Source of the DNA: an uncultured Candidatus Saccharibacteria bacterium
GTDB taxonomy: Bacteria; Patescibacteriota; Doudnabacteria; UBA920; 2-01-FULL-46-14
Direction of reading: 5' to 3'
DNA: 64,000 nt
Assembly (NCBI GenBank): GCA_964396685.1
Contig: CAYNFS010000003.1
Span: forward strand, 110-64,109
This document shows, piece by piece, positions 27,758 to 37,028 of the stretch; positions within the stretch are counted from its first letter, which is position 1; each line of letters opens with the position of its first letter. Below the pieces are notes generated by a model. The model was given only the letters and a program-made list of their open reading frames with translations, did no database searches and was not told where the DNA came from. A program made the position numbers and the translations under genes.

Positions 27758-28208
27758 CTCTGATTTTCTTTACGAGTTCGCTTGAGCTTTGGGCTTTTTT
27801 GCCGCCAACATTGAAGACCATCTTGATTCCAAGCTCCCTGCAGGTGCCGATATCTTTGTAAAGCGAGGATTTAGGGTTGGCCGCGTCCATTTCGTTTCTG
27901 TCGCCGCCATTGGCGAAAATTTCCGGCCTGATTTTTTCAAGTTCGGCGCACACTGACATGTCGTCGGGGTTTTCCGGGTGCGATGTCAGAATCACTTCAT
28001 CAACATGGCGGATTGCCTCAAGCACGGCCTTGCGCTGCAGTTCGGGCATAAAAACATACCCCTTTTTCTTCTTGAGCCAGTGGTCGTTATTTAAAATCAC
28101 GACAAGGCGGTCGCCAAGTTTTTTGGCTTCTCTAAAAAGCTCAATATGGCCGACGTGCACGGGATCAAATCCTCCGGAAACCGCGACAACGAGGGGTTTT
28201 CTGCTCAT
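27747..28208 (-). CDS. cytidylyltransferase-family nucleotidyltransferase
   Basis: SGGFDPVHVGH, FANGGDR, QSSS. Confidence 0.9.
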   Translation of the reverse strand: MSRKPLVVAVSGGFDPVHVGHIELFREAKKLGDRLVVILNNDHWLKKKKGYVFMPELQRKAVLEAIRHVDEVILTSHPENPDDMSVCAELEKIRPEIFANGGDRNEMDAANPKSSLYKDIGTCRELGIKMVFNVGGKKAQSSSELVKKIRDVS

Positions 28209-28750
28209 TCCTGCACCACCTTCTTTTCAGCAGGAAGTTTTTCATAAAGATCCAAAATCAGCTTTTCTACGGCGTGAGGGTTTGGCACTTGGTCAAATTC
28301 AAAACGAGCGGTCTCTCCGGCAGTCTGGACATAGACATTGCCATAATCAAAGAGGTTGCCGAAAATTCCTTTGACCTCTGCGGTTACGTCTTGGATCCGC
28401 CCCAGATGCAACTCGGAAGTCGTATGGTGGAGCAAGTTTCTTTGTGTCACGTCCACAATGCGCTCGTTCGTGACAATCTGGTAATTGAGATAATAAAGGA
28501 TCCAGATAGTGAAAAGCCCCGCTAGCAGAAACATGAGGTAAACAGTTTTGACAAAATCGGCAATTTGCAGATACGGCTGCTGGTTTAATACCGGATAACG
28601 GGGGACGACATATCCGTCGTAGGCCAAAAGTAGGACCACAAAAATTAACCAAATCAAGATTTCTCGGGCCAGCACCGCCCAATGCCGGCGGGTGACTAGA
28701 TAAATTTTTTCATCGGCCTGCTGGCCTGGAAAAAAGGCCTTGATACTCAT
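28205..28750 (-). CDS. membrane protein with bacterial PH domain
   Basis: Two TMs; VTNERIVD, RIQDVT, FDYGNVYVQTAG. Confidence 0.8.
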   Translation of the reverse strand: MSIKAFFPGQQADEKIYLVTRRHWAVLAREILIWLIFVVLLLAYDGYVVPRYPVLNQQPYLQIADFVKTVYLMFLLAGLFTIWILYYLNYQIVTNERIVDVTQRNLLHHTTSELHLGRIQDVTAEVKGIFGNLFDYGNVYVQTAGETARFEFDQVPNPHAVEKLILDLYEKLPAEKKVVQE

Positions 28751-28956
28751 ATTTTGGGAAAGGAGATCTGGTTAAAGTTAGCAATGGCTGCCGCATAGAG
28801 GCTCGTTATCAAAATCAAATAAAAAGCCGATAACACCAGTCCCAAAACCTTGGATTTGCCGAAGCGTAAAAGCACGTAAACCATGAGCAGGCTGTAAAAT
28901 GCCAAGATCATCATCAGCCCGTAAAACAAGATTTGGACCAAAAGCTTAATAATCAT
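28747..28956 (-). CDS. small two-TM hypothetical protein
   Basis: Overlaps both neighbours by 4 bp. Confidence 0.75.
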   Translation of the reverse strand: MIIKLLVQILFYGLMMILAFYSLLMVYVLLRFGKSKVLGLVLSAFYLILITSLYAAAIANFNQISFPKI

Positions 28957-29993
28957 AAAAGTTTGTTTAGATTTTGTGTTGACGCTTTTATTTTTAAATG
29001 CTCGTAAGCTTGCGGCGTCGCGACGCGCCCTTTGGGCGTGCGGGAAAGCAATCCCAAGCGCATCAGATACGGCTCATAGATATCCTCAATCGTGTCCTCT
29101 TCTTCGCTGGTGGCCGCGGCCAAAGAGTTGACACCCACTGGGCCGCCGCGGAATTTTTCTATAAGAGTTAGCAAAAATTGCCGGTCATTTCGGTCCAGGC
29201 CCAACTCATCCACTTCCAGCATGTGAAGCGCGGCTTGGGCCAGTTCAAAAGTAATCTTGCCGTCGGCTTTCACTTCGGCAAAGTCACGAACTCTTCTTAG
29301 CAGTCTGTTGGCGACTCTCGGGGTGCGGCGGGCGCGTTTGCCAATCTCTTGGGCGGCTTGAGGATCAATGCCAATTGCCAAAATTTGAGCCGAACGGCGG
29401 ACAATTTGTTCAATCTCCAAGGGTTCATAGTAGTCAAGCCGCAAGGTCACGCCAAAACGGTCGCGCAGGGGAGCGGAAATGAGGCCGATTCTTGTGGTGG
29501 CGCCGATTAGCGTGAAGCGGGGGAGATCAAGTCTTACGGAACGCGCGCCCGGCCCCTTTCCCAAAATAATGTCAAAGCGAAAGTCTTCCATGGCCGGATA
29601 CAAAACTTCTTCCACGATCTTGGGTAGCCTGTGGACCTCGTCAATGAACAAAATGTCATTGTCTTGCAGATTGGTAAGCAGACTTGCCAAATCGCCGGCT
29701 CGTTCTATGGCAGGGCCGGACGTAACTTTGATTGTAACACCAAGCTCGTTTGCCAAAACGTGTGCCAGCGTGGTTTTGCCCAAGCCGGGTGGGCCGTAGA
29801 CCAAAAGATGTTCTATCGGCTCTTCGCGTTTCTTGGCCGCTTCCAGAAAAATTTTGAGGTGCTCTTTATTTTTTTCCTGCCCCACGAATTCCTTGAGATT
29901 TTTAGGCCGCAATGTCAAATCAAGCTCCCGGTCATCCGGGGACTCTTTAGCAGTCACCACACCTTGTTTTTCTTTGGAGGGTTTCGAAATCAT
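28953..29993 (-). CDS. ruvB: Holliday junction branch migration helicase
   Basis: [38 protein letters not shown]. Confidence 0.98.
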   Translation of the reverse strand: MISKPSKEKQGVVTAKESPDDRELDLTLRPKNLKEFVGQEKNKEHLKIFLEAAKKREEPIEHLLVYGPPGLGKTTLAHVLANELGVTIKVTSGPAIERAGDLASLLTNLQDNDILFIDEVHRLPKIVEEVLYPAMEDFRFDIILGKGPGARSVRLDLPRFTLIGATTRIGLISAPLRDRFGVTLRLDYYEPLEIEQIVRRSAQILAIGIDPQAAQEIGKRARRTPRVANRLLRRVRDFAEVKADGKITFELAQAALHMLEVDELGLDRNDRQFLLTLIEKFRGGPVGVNSLAAATSEEEDTIEDIYEPYLMRLGLLSRTPKGRVATPQAYEHLKIKASTQNLNKLL

Positions 29994-30131
29994 AAACAAA
30001 TATTATGTCATTGCGAGGAGTCCGCGACGAAGCAATCTCATCACCCCCTCATTTTATCACCGATTTTAAGCATTGACAAAGCGCTTCTGTCTAAGCTATA
30101 TTTGAATGTCAATAAAGATTGGAGGGACTTC

Positions 30132-30788
30132 ATGCTTAATCTGGCTTTGCCTGACGGCAATCTCGAGAGGAATACTTTGCGGCTTTTGGAGGCCGCGGGT
30201 TTTAGGGTGGAGTTTATGGGGCGAAAATACACGGGCCGGATTCAAGATCCCTGCTTTGCCCACGTGGCGCTGATGCGGCCGCAGATTATGCCGGGACTCA
30301 TAGGAGGAGGAAACTATGATATTGGGATCTGCGGTTCGGACTGGGTTGAAGAAAGCATTACAAAGGCGCGGGTGATTGCGCGGTTCAACTATAATAGCAG
30401 GCAGTTCGGGAACGGGTGGCGGATAGTTTTAGTGGCTGGCGGAACTGATGTGGTCTCGAAGGGTGGGGAAATACCCGACGAGGCTGAGATTTTGAGCGAA
30501 TATCGGTGGATAACCGAGGATTACTTCAACAAAATCCACAAATTCGTGGATGTTAAAGAATCTTTGGGTAAAACCGAAGCGCACATTCCGCATGATTTCC
30601 GGTTTGGAGTCTGTGTTTCTGTAACTGGCGAGACACTCCGGGCCAATAATCTCAAGATCGTGGAAGTTTTGCGAAATGCCAACCCCTTATTGATTGCCTC
30701 GCCTCAAGCGATGCAAGACAAAAAGAAGAACGCCATGCTTGAAAGCGTCGCCGTGGCTCTCACTGAAGCACTCGCTTCTTTGCGCTGA
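30132..30788 (+). CDS. hisG: ATP phosphoribosyltransferase (short form, divergent)
   Basis: SD GGAGG; LALPDGNL, MRPQIMP, DIGICGSDWVEE, SEY, SLGKTEA, TGETLRANNL. Confidence 0.8.
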   Translation: MLNLALPDGNLERNTLRLLEAAGFRVEFMGRKYTGRIQDPCFAHVALMRPQIMPGLIGGGNYDIGICGSDWVEESITKARVIARFNYNSRQFGNGWRIVLVAGGTDVVSKGGEIPDEAEILSEYRWITEDYFNKIHKFVDVKESLGKTEAHIPHDFRFGVCVSVTGETLRANNLKIVEVLRNANPLLIASPQAMQDKKKNAMLESVAVALTEALASLR

Positions 30789-30807
30789 CAGACCGCAAAT
30801 AGTCTGT
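30779..30807 (+). repeat. direct repeat R1 TTTGCGCTGACAGACCGCAAATAGTCTGT
   Basis: Identical 29-mer at 33024-33052; variants at 31274-31298 and 33487-33506. Confidence 0.9.
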
Positions 30808-30813
30808 TTGTTT

Positions 30814-31002
30814 TTATTTCGGTTCTTCAATGCCCAAATCCCGACAAATTTTTCTGGCAAGAAAATCATTAATTTCTTTGTGCCGGGGGACCGTCGAAGT
30901 GCGTTTTAGTACGGGATTGAAAAAGACAGAATGCCTTGCGCCCTCTCTAATAAAAACACACCCTCTTTTCCGAAGGTGGCGGATTAGGCCGCTGTGTTTC
31001 AT
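30814..31002 (-). CDS. hicA: HicA-family toxin
   Basis: 62 aa basic; REGARH, TVPRHKEI, ICRDLGI. Confidence 0.9.
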   Translation of the reverse strand: MKHSGLIRHLRKRGCVFIREGARHSVFFNPVLKRTSTVPRHKEINDFLARKICRDLGIEEPK

Positions 31003-31232
31003 TAAAGAGACACTGTTAGGGCCTTACGTTTTACTTTTCTGCCGTTAGTTTCGATTCTTCCAAGAAGTTTATTTGTTTCAAGTATAAGACGCAGGGCGTC
31101 TTGAAGATTCTCTTTGGTTTCAATCAGCGTTTTGCCTTGAGTATTAACGCCCGGAATTTCTTCGATCCACCCAAGATACCAACGGCCATGTTTTTGATAG
31201 ACTGCCGTGAACTGTCTTTTATTCTTTGCCAT
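31002..31232 (-). CDS. hicB: HicB-family antitoxin (short, no DNA-binding domain)
   Basis: WIEEIPGVNTQGKTLIETKENLQDAL. Confidence 0.9.
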   Translation of the reverse strand: MAKNKRQFTAVYQKHGRWYLGWIEEIPGVNTQGKTLIETKENLQDALRLILETNKLLGRIETNGRKVKRKALTVSL

Positions 31233-31273
31233 AACCTAAGTTTATTTAAAAAAGCTGTAAAAGTCAAGAATTA

Positions 31274-31341
31274 GCGCTGACAGGCCGCAGATAGTCTGCC
31301 CACCCGCCAGGATTCTTCCCAGATTCCGGCGGGCTTTTTTT
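31274..31341 (+). terminator. repeat R2 plus intrinsic terminator
   Basis: GCGCTGACAGGCCGCAGATAGTCTG then CCCGCC...GGCGGG and a T-tract. Confidence 0.75.
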
Positions 31342-31350
31342 ATTTCTCGA

Positions 31351-31386
31351 TGTGTAAATATCCAGCGGCCGCTGGATATTTACACA
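31351..31386. repeat. 36-bp perfect palindrome
   Basis: TGTGTAAATATCCAGCGG|CCGCTGGATATTTACACA. Confidence 0.92.
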
Positions 31387-31411
31387 ATCAAATTAGATTC
31401 TTTCGCAAATT

Positions 31412-31551
31412 AATATGAGCCTATCTCAAAATTAGTTTTCTGTCATTCCGGGCTTGATCCGGAATCCAGATTTTGGCTTATTTACTGGATTCCCGCTTTC
31501 GCGGGAATGACGGAAAGCGGGGAAAAATCAATTTTGAGATGAGTTCATATT
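31412..31551. mobile_element. REPIN/MITE-like nested inverted element
   Basis: Outer imperfect IR AATATGAGC.TATCTCAAAATT / AATTTTGAGAT.AGTTCATATT enclosing two inverted GTCATTCC REP units. Confidence 0.7.
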
Positions 31552-31581
31552 GCTGTGGCATCTGGCAAAATCTGTCAGTGA

Positions 31582-32334
31582 TTATTTCACCGCAGATTGT
31601 TTCCACATAACCCAAAACCACTTCCGGTAACTCTCCGCCAAGTTCTTGCTATGGAGCACAAAAAAGACGATATTTTCATGAATTTTGAACAGCTCTAATC
31701 CCGTATAGGTCACAACATAATCTCCGAAAACGTGGATGATTGAGTTTGTGGAATATTCTTTTGGCAGGAAGCGATATTTCAGATTTCCCGGCCAGGTTTT
31801 TGCAAAGTCCGGGGCTTGAACTGCAATTTCATGATCAAATAGCTGGTGGAATTTTATTTTTTTACGGTTAGCGTCCTTAAAGAACGCTTCCCTGCTTGTT
31901 GCGAGTTTAGGTTCAAACCAACCGCCTTTGGCACCCACAATGTAATTCTCTTGGCCGACCCGTAAGACATCCCGCCAAATATTTTTTTGACCTTCATGGC
32001 CGCGATAGATGTAGGCTTCTTCCGGAGCAATCCGCTGGACGAATTTTTTCTTGAGTTCCGGCAACACTTTTTGCAGTTGTTGTTCTTTTTCGGCGTACAA
32101 TTCCAGAAGTTTGTCAGGGTCCGCGGCGTTATACCGATTTTCCTTGCTAGAAAAAATTTCAAAGACAAGCCCTTTGTCAATGAGCCGATGAATGGCATCA
32201 TAAGCGTTGCGTCTGTGAATTTTTGCCGCAATCGCAATGTCGCTTATGGAGGATTCCCCTTTTCCCACGAGCGACTCGTAGATCTTGGCTTCGTTGGGAC
32301 TCAAGCCCAGACTTTCAAAAATTTCTTGGTACAT
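31582..32334 (-). CDS. TrmB-family transcriptional regulator
   Basis: LGLSPNEAKIYESL, IHRRNAYDAIHRLIDKGLV, YIYRGHEG. Confidence 0.88.
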   Translation of the reverse strand: MYQEIFESLGLSPNEAKIYESLVGKGESSISDIAIAAKIHRRNAYDAIHRLIDKGLVFEIFSSKENRYNAADPDKLLELYAEKEQQLQKVLPELKKKFVQRIAPEEAYIYRGHEGQKNIWRDVLRVGQENYIVGAKGGWFEPKLATSREAFFKDANRKKIKFHQLFDHEIAVQAPDFAKTWPGNLKYRFLPKEYSTNSIIHVFGDYVVTYTGLELFKIHENIVFFVLHSKNLAESYRKWFWVMWKQSAVK

Positions 32335-32447
32335 TTCTACTAAATTATGTGGTGATAATTACCACCAAATGGTGCTATTGGCCACTCTTAATACATAATA
32401 TATGCTATCGCTTCAACAGTCAAGCACTGTTGTAAAAGGAGGAATCA

Positions 32448-33047
32448 TTGAGTATGCCTGGATTCATAGTAAAGGCGATTATTTTGCTGGCACTGCCTTA
32501 TCTATTGGACGCCCAAGACCTGCAGAACCGCTCGACTCTGCATTTAATAGCGGACATTACCGACCGGTGGTACGTGGCCCTCTGGCCGATTGCCAACATT
32601 AGAGCGCAGTCACCCAGCAACTTCAACATTTTTGCTGGCGCAGGACGCCGCGGTAAGAATTGGTATCTGGAAGCCATGGCCCAGAAGCAGTGGAACGGCA
32701 AAGGCGGGTTGTGGACGCTAGACTTCCGCTATCGCAGGCAAGTTACCGGTCGCCTTTCGGTTTATGCCGAACCAGACGTTTTCCTTAGCCGGCGCGCGTT
32801 TTACGAGTTTATAATAGTGGAGTATCGCTCATGGCGGAAATTTAACTTGGGCGGTGAAACTGAAAACGTTCACCAGCTCGGTAAAGACGTTCTGGCGGCA
32901 GGGCCGCGGATCAGCCGCCCGCTTGGCAGGCTCTGGGGAACCGACTTTGCGCTCGGATTGGCCTATAGGACAGCTTCACCGGGGCACAATGAAATCAGGA
33001 TTTACCTGAACGCCACCAAGCGTTTTGCGCTGACAGACCGCAAATAG
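32448..33047 (+). CDS. secreted, beta-strand-rich hypothetical protein (beta-barrel-like)
   Basis: SD AAGGAGG, signal-peptide-like N-terminus, alternating aromatic/hydrophobic strands. Confidence 0.65.
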   Translation: MSMPGFIVKAIILLALPYLLDAQDLQNRSTLHLIADITDRWYVALWPIANIRAQSPSNFNIFAGAGRRGKNWYLEAMAQKQWNGKGGLWTLDFRYRRQVTGRLSVYAEPDVFLSRRAFYEFIIVEYRSWRKFNLGGETENVHQLGKDVLAAGPRISRPLGRLWGTDFALGLAYRTASPGHNEIRIYLNATKRFALTDRK

Positions 33048-33052
33048 TCTGT
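33024..33052 (+). repeat. direct repeat R3 (identical to R1)
   Basis: TTTGCGCTGACAGACCGCAAATAGTCTGT; contains the stop codon of the upstream ORF. Confidence 0.9.
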
Positions 33053-33079
33053 CTATTCTGTTTTCGACTGGAGGAAGAA

Positions 33080-33484
33080 ATGAGTAAGGCAGAAATTATC
33101 GCAAAAGCCCTGAAGAAGAATGGGGTGCTTGCGGATTTCGATCCGGAGAATAGGGACGATATGCTTGGTTATTTCCTGGTCATTCGTCAGCCCGGCAAAC
33201 CAGTCTTTCTGGTGGTTGATGAGTCTGGATTACAAAGCCATGCTTCAGTGGTCGCGGCTCTTCGTCGACTGGAAGTTTTACCTCACATGCCCGGGCAAAG
33301 TTTGCCCGAGTCAATAATCCGGTGTATTCGTGGAGGCACATACTCTTATAACTGGATTAAGACATGGCCCATGGAGGGGAATTGGACCATCGGGATGTCT
33401 AGCGGCGACTATGGGGTGGTTTGGGAAGACCTCCGGGCTCGGATAATCGACATTGTGAGCGGTGGGAAGCAGTGGCAGAAATGA
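33080..33484 (+). CDS. hypothetical protein
   Basis: SD GGAGG + ATG; 134 aa; no motif recognised. Confidence 0.7.
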   Translation: MSKAEIIAKALKKNGVLADFDPENRDDMLGYFLVIRQPGKPVFLVVDESGLQSHASVVAALRRLEVLPHMPGQSLPESIIRCIRGGTYSYNWIKTWPMEGNWTIGMSSGDYGVVWEDLRARIIDIVSGGKQWQK

Positions 33485-33486
33485 AT

Positions 33487-33550
33487 CGCTAACAGACCAC
33501 AGAAAGCTTACTCGCCTGAATTCTTTGAAGGGTTCCGGCGGGCTTTTTTT
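33487..33550 (+). terminator. degenerate repeat R4 plus intrinsic terminator
   Basis: CGCTAACAGACCACAGA then CTCGCC...TTCCGGCGGGCTTTTTTT, paralogous to 31274-31341. Confidence 0.7.
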
Positions 33551-33674
33551 ATCCGCCTCCGCTCCTGCGACCACGGGCTTGATCGGTGGATGAAGGGCGG
33601 TACGGATAAAGCACGTGAGGGCAAAACATCGTCTGGCTTCGGCGGATGCAGCAGCGAGATTCTAGGCGGATAAA
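33548..33674. mobile_element. 127-bp MITE-like element, copy 1
   Basis: Terminal IR TTTATCCGCCT/AGGCGGATAAA; homologous to 51935-52057. Confidence 0.78.
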
Positions 33675-33728
33675 TAAGGGCGGTTTTCCATGGGATTTAA
33701 GCCGAGTTGGGATTGCTCGCAATGACAG

Positions 33729-35246
33729 CTAGCGGCGATGTTTGAAGTTTTTCAAAAATTCAAGCGCCAAGCGTACGCCGACACCGGTTGCACCTTTCGG
33801 CCGATAAGGTTTTTCGCGCGTGGTCCAGGCGACCCCGGCGATGTCGAGATGAATCCAGGGATAGCTTACAAAGTTTTGCAGGAAAAGCGCGGCGTTAACG
33901 GCGTCTCCCTGCCGAGGAACTGCGCCGACATTTCTTAAATCCGCAAAATCGCTTTTGATAAATTGTTCGTATTCTTTGTAAAGCGGCATTAGCCAGATTT
34001 GCTCGCCGGTTATTTGTGCGGCATTTTTTAATTGCGGCACCAACCTTTCTTGATTGGTAAATGCGCCGATTAGATCGTCTCCCAGTGCTACCACGATTGC
34101 CCCGGTGAGTGTGGCAAAATCAATAACGAGGACGGGCTTGTATTTTTTGGCGTAATCTAAAGCATCGGCCAAAACCATTCTTCCTTCGGCATCAGTATTT
34201 ACGACTTCAATGGTTAGACCTGCACGGGAACGGACGATATCTCCCGGTTTGATCGCTTTGCCCGAGGGAAGATTTTCTGTGGCAGGGATAAGCCCCACCA
34301 AGTTTATGGGGAGTCGCAGCTCGCAGGCGGCTTTGATTGTGGCAAGGACTGTGGCTCCTCCCGCCATGTCATATTTCATTTCCTCCATTTTCTCCGAAGG
34401 CTTGATAGAAATGCCGCCGCTGTCAAAAGTGATTCCTTTGCCCGCCAGGACAACTGTCGGGGCTTTTTTCTCCGCGTGATATTCCAAAACAATAAATTTT
34501 GGCTCCTCATCCGAGCCTTGAGCTACAGCCAGCACGGCGCCCATGCTTTCTTTTTGTAAATCCCCCTTCCCCAAAACTTTGGCTTTGAGAATTTTCGAGT
34601 GCTGTTTGGCCAGATCTAAAGCGTGTTTGGCTAAGTGCTGTGGTGTTGCAACATTTCCCGGGTGGTTTCCTAAATCCCTGGCGTAGTTTGCGGCTTGAGA
34701 CAAAGTATGCGCGACGGTTGCCGCTTTGAGGACCTTGGTTTTGTCGCGGGAGTTGCTTAAAACAAACTGAATTTGTGTTAAGGCCGCGGGTTTTTCTTCT
34801 TCGCCCCGCTTCTTATATTCTGTAAATTTGTAATTCGCGAGCAGTATTCCTTCTGTGAGAGCTTGAGTGGCTGATTCGACCGAGACTTTGCTGGGCAAGG
34901 TTTTTATCAAGGCGATCGCAATATCATTGACTTTGAACTTTTGAGCAACCGGAGCCGCAGCGCTCATGGCCGTTCTTGCTTTCTCCAAGTTATATTCGGA
35001 TTGTTTGCCCAGCCCCAAAAGCAAAACGCGCTTAGCCGCAGTCCTTTTGCCGGTAAACATCGCTTGGGTTTCCGCGAGCTTGGGCTTGAAGTCACCGCGG
35101 CTGATTAAATCGGAAATTTCTTCTCCCAGGGCACGGTTGAGTTCTTTGGCTTTTGGCTCAAGTTCCTTGGCATCTTCAAAAAGAGGGACGATTAGAAGAT
35201 CGGTTTGGATTTGTGATAAAGGCCTGGTGGTGGTTTGAAAATTCAT
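33729..35246 (-). CDS. pepA: leucyl aminopeptidase (M17)
   Basis: GKGITFDSGG, MKYDMAG, NTDAEGRM, ATLTGA, HLDIAG. Confidence 0.97.
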   Translation of the reverse strand: MNFQTTTRPLSQIQTDLLIVPLFEDAKELEPKAKELNRALGEEISDLISRGDFKPKLAETQAMFTGKRTAAKRVLLLGLGKQSEYNLEKARTAMSAAAPVAQKFKVNDIAIALIKTLPSKVSVESATQALTEGILLANYKFTEYKKRGEEEKPAALTQIQFVLSNSRDKTKVLKAATVAHTLSQAANYARDLGNHPGNVATPQHLAKHALDLAKQHSKILKAKVLGKGDLQKESMGAVLAVAQGSDEEPKFIVLEYHAEKKAPTVVLAGKGITFDSGGISIKPSEKMEEMKYDMAGGATVLATIKAACELRLPINLVGLIPATENLPSGKAIKPGDIVRSRAGLTIEVVNTDAEGRMVLADALDYAKKYKPVLVIDFATLTGAIVVALGDDLIGAFTNQERLVPQLKNAAQITGEQIWLMPLYKEYEQFIKSDFADLRNVGAVPRQGDAVNAALFLQNFVSYPWIHLDIAGVAWTTREKPYRPKGATGVGVRLALEFLKNFKHRR

Positions 35247-35257
35247 AAATTTACGAA

Positions 35258-36523
35258 TTAATTGTTAAGAGACGAAGTTGAGGTTGGAGTTTGGGGATAC
35301 TCGTAGATTTTGGGGAATAAATTGGGAGAGACATAGCGGGAATTAAAAGTCACTTCCAGGTTTTGGCCGCTAGGCATAATGACTTTGCGCGCGACTTTGG
35401 ATTTGACCGCTCCGTCTGGTGTGCGGTCATAAGGATGAGGGCCGTCTACTATAATCTCTCGCCCGTCGGCCGTTCCGTAAAAATCAAAATAAAGTTTTGT
35501 GCCTGCAATTTCGGTCCAGACGAGAATTGCGCCAGGCGTGTCGTTGATAAACTTCATGTCCTGGGCTCCCGGGTAAATTGTCGCATCAAGCCCCGGTGAT
35601 CTGGGCAGATCATCGCTTATCCAGTCGTAATATCTCACGGCATAAGAGTGATTGCGGCGCTGGGTTATAGGAAGCCCGGAAAAAAATGCGGCTCTAAATG
35701 CAGTCGAAGAGACTTGGCAAAGTCCTCCGCCAAATTCCGGTACCGTACCTTCGGGCTTGATAACCAGCTCTGGTTTATAGCCATGAGCCGCGTCAATGAG
35801 ACCTAAGTAAGAGTTAAAAGAAAATTCTTCATCCGGCTTGATTATCACTCCGCGATATTGGGATGAGCCGACTTTGATATTTTGGATTCTTGAGGCAGAT
35901 GACCCCGAAAAATCCGACTGACCCCTGGCCAGCAATGTTTTTACCCCCAAATTGTTAAGATGCGAAAGTCTGACTTTTGGGGCGCGGGAGTGAATTGGCA
36001 GCTCTGAAGTTTTTTTAGCGGTCGTAAGGGCGAGTAGCAGTGATTCTCGCGCGGCCGCCAAATCCAAAGCTAAACCGTCCCGGTCAGGAACAAACTCGAC
36101 GGCGCGGTCGTTTTCAATTTTAAGCAAAGCATCTTGGGGCAGACGATTAATTTCTGCTGCGACCCCGATCAGATATTCGCCCAAATCCTTCTCGTCCACG
36201 AGAAGACCTTTTATTGTAGTAGAGTTTCGCAAACTTGACAAGAAGTGCCCGGACAAGGTATCAGGACTTTTTGGAAGGATTGCTGGATTGTCACTTGCCC
36301 AGGAAGCCAGGATTTTTTCGTCAATGACCCAAAACTTGTTTTCCCGGCCAAGAAGTTGTAGTTCCTTGTCCTCCCGGGATAAATTCATTTTAACAAGCTC
36401 CGCGTTTTTATCTGATTTGGCCTCGGCGTCAGGCCTCCAAACTGAAAAAGCCGAGACAATTATGAAGCCCGCAGTGAATTCCGCAAGCAGCAATACAATT
36501 AAGATTAGAGCGAGCCGTTTCAT
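35258..36523 (-). CDS. VanW-domain protein
   Basis: N-terminal TM; FSFN, GGGLCQVSST, RRNHSY, GLDATIY. Confidence 0.9.
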   Translation of the reverse strand: MKRLALILIVLLLAEFTAGFIIVSAFSVWRPDAEAKSDKNAELVKMNLSREDKELQLLGRENKFWVIDEKILASWASDNPAILPKSPDTLSGHFLSSLRNSTTIKGLLVDEKDLGEYLIGVAAEINRLPQDALLKIENDRAVEFVPDRDGLALDLAAARESLLLALTTAKKTSELPIHSRAPKVRLSHLNNLGVKTLLARGQSDFSGSSASRIQNIKVGSSQYRGVIIKPDEEFSFNSYLGLIDAAHGYKPELVIKPEGTVPEFGGGLCQVSSTAFRAAFFSGLPITQRRNHSYAVRYYDWISDDLPRSPGLDATIYPGAQDMKFINDTPGAILVWTEIAGTKLYFDFYGTADGREIIVDGPHPYDRTPDGAVKSKVARKVIMPSGQNLEVTFNSRYVSPNLFPKIYEYPQTPTSTSSLNN

Positions 36524-36530
36524 TTATAGA

Positions 36531-36959
36531 TTAGAGATTATTGATTGTGATGATTCTTTCCTTCGGGTTTCTGCCGTGGGCAAACTGCAGTCTTATAGTT
36601 TTTTTGGGCAGAAGTTTTTTGACTTTTCCCGGCCACTCGATTGCCACAACGGCTTTTTTGCCGCTTATAATTTCGGAAAATCCAAGCTCCTCGAGCTCTT
36701 TTGTGTTTTTAAGCCTGTATAAATCAAAGTGGTAAAAAGTGTGAGCCTGCGCCAAAGGATACTTTCCGATAATGACAAATGTTGGGCTTATGATGCGCGA
36801 TTTTATGCCCAGCGCACGGGTCAAGCCTTTGACAAATGTTGTTTTGCCACTTCCTAAGGGGCCGTAAAGAGCCAAAATTCCCCCTCCCTTTAATTTTTTT
36901 GCCAAACTTGCGGCGAGTTTGCGAGTTTGGGCTTGAGAGGCAGTGTGAAACATCGGCAT
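36531..36959 (-). CDS. tsaE: tRNA t6A biosynthesis ATPase
   Basis: GPLGSGKTTF, SPTF, HFDLYRL, IEW. Confidence 0.95.
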   Translation of the reverse strand: MPMFHTASQAQTRKLAASLAKKLKGGGILALYGPLGSGKTTFVKGLTRALGIKSRIISPTFVIIGKYPLAQAHTFYHFDLYRLKNTKELEELGFSEIISGKKAVVAIEWPGKVKKLLPKKTIRLQFAHGRNPKERIITINNL

Positions 36960-37028
36960 TACCTCATTTTACCACAAAAGCTTGACGCTTGTAAGAAGGT
37001 TTAGTATAGTAATCCGATAATCATTTTT

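Noticed and set aside
29631-30131. N-terminal 167 aa of the 385-aa ORF
   Set aside because: Antisense to ruvB; the HisG-like sequence begins at ATG 30132 after an SD
30779-33506. CRISPR array or classical integron from the 29-bp repeats
   Set aside because: Spacing is 0.5-1.7 kb with whole genes between copies; no cas gene, intI or GTTRRRY/RYYYAAC attC ends
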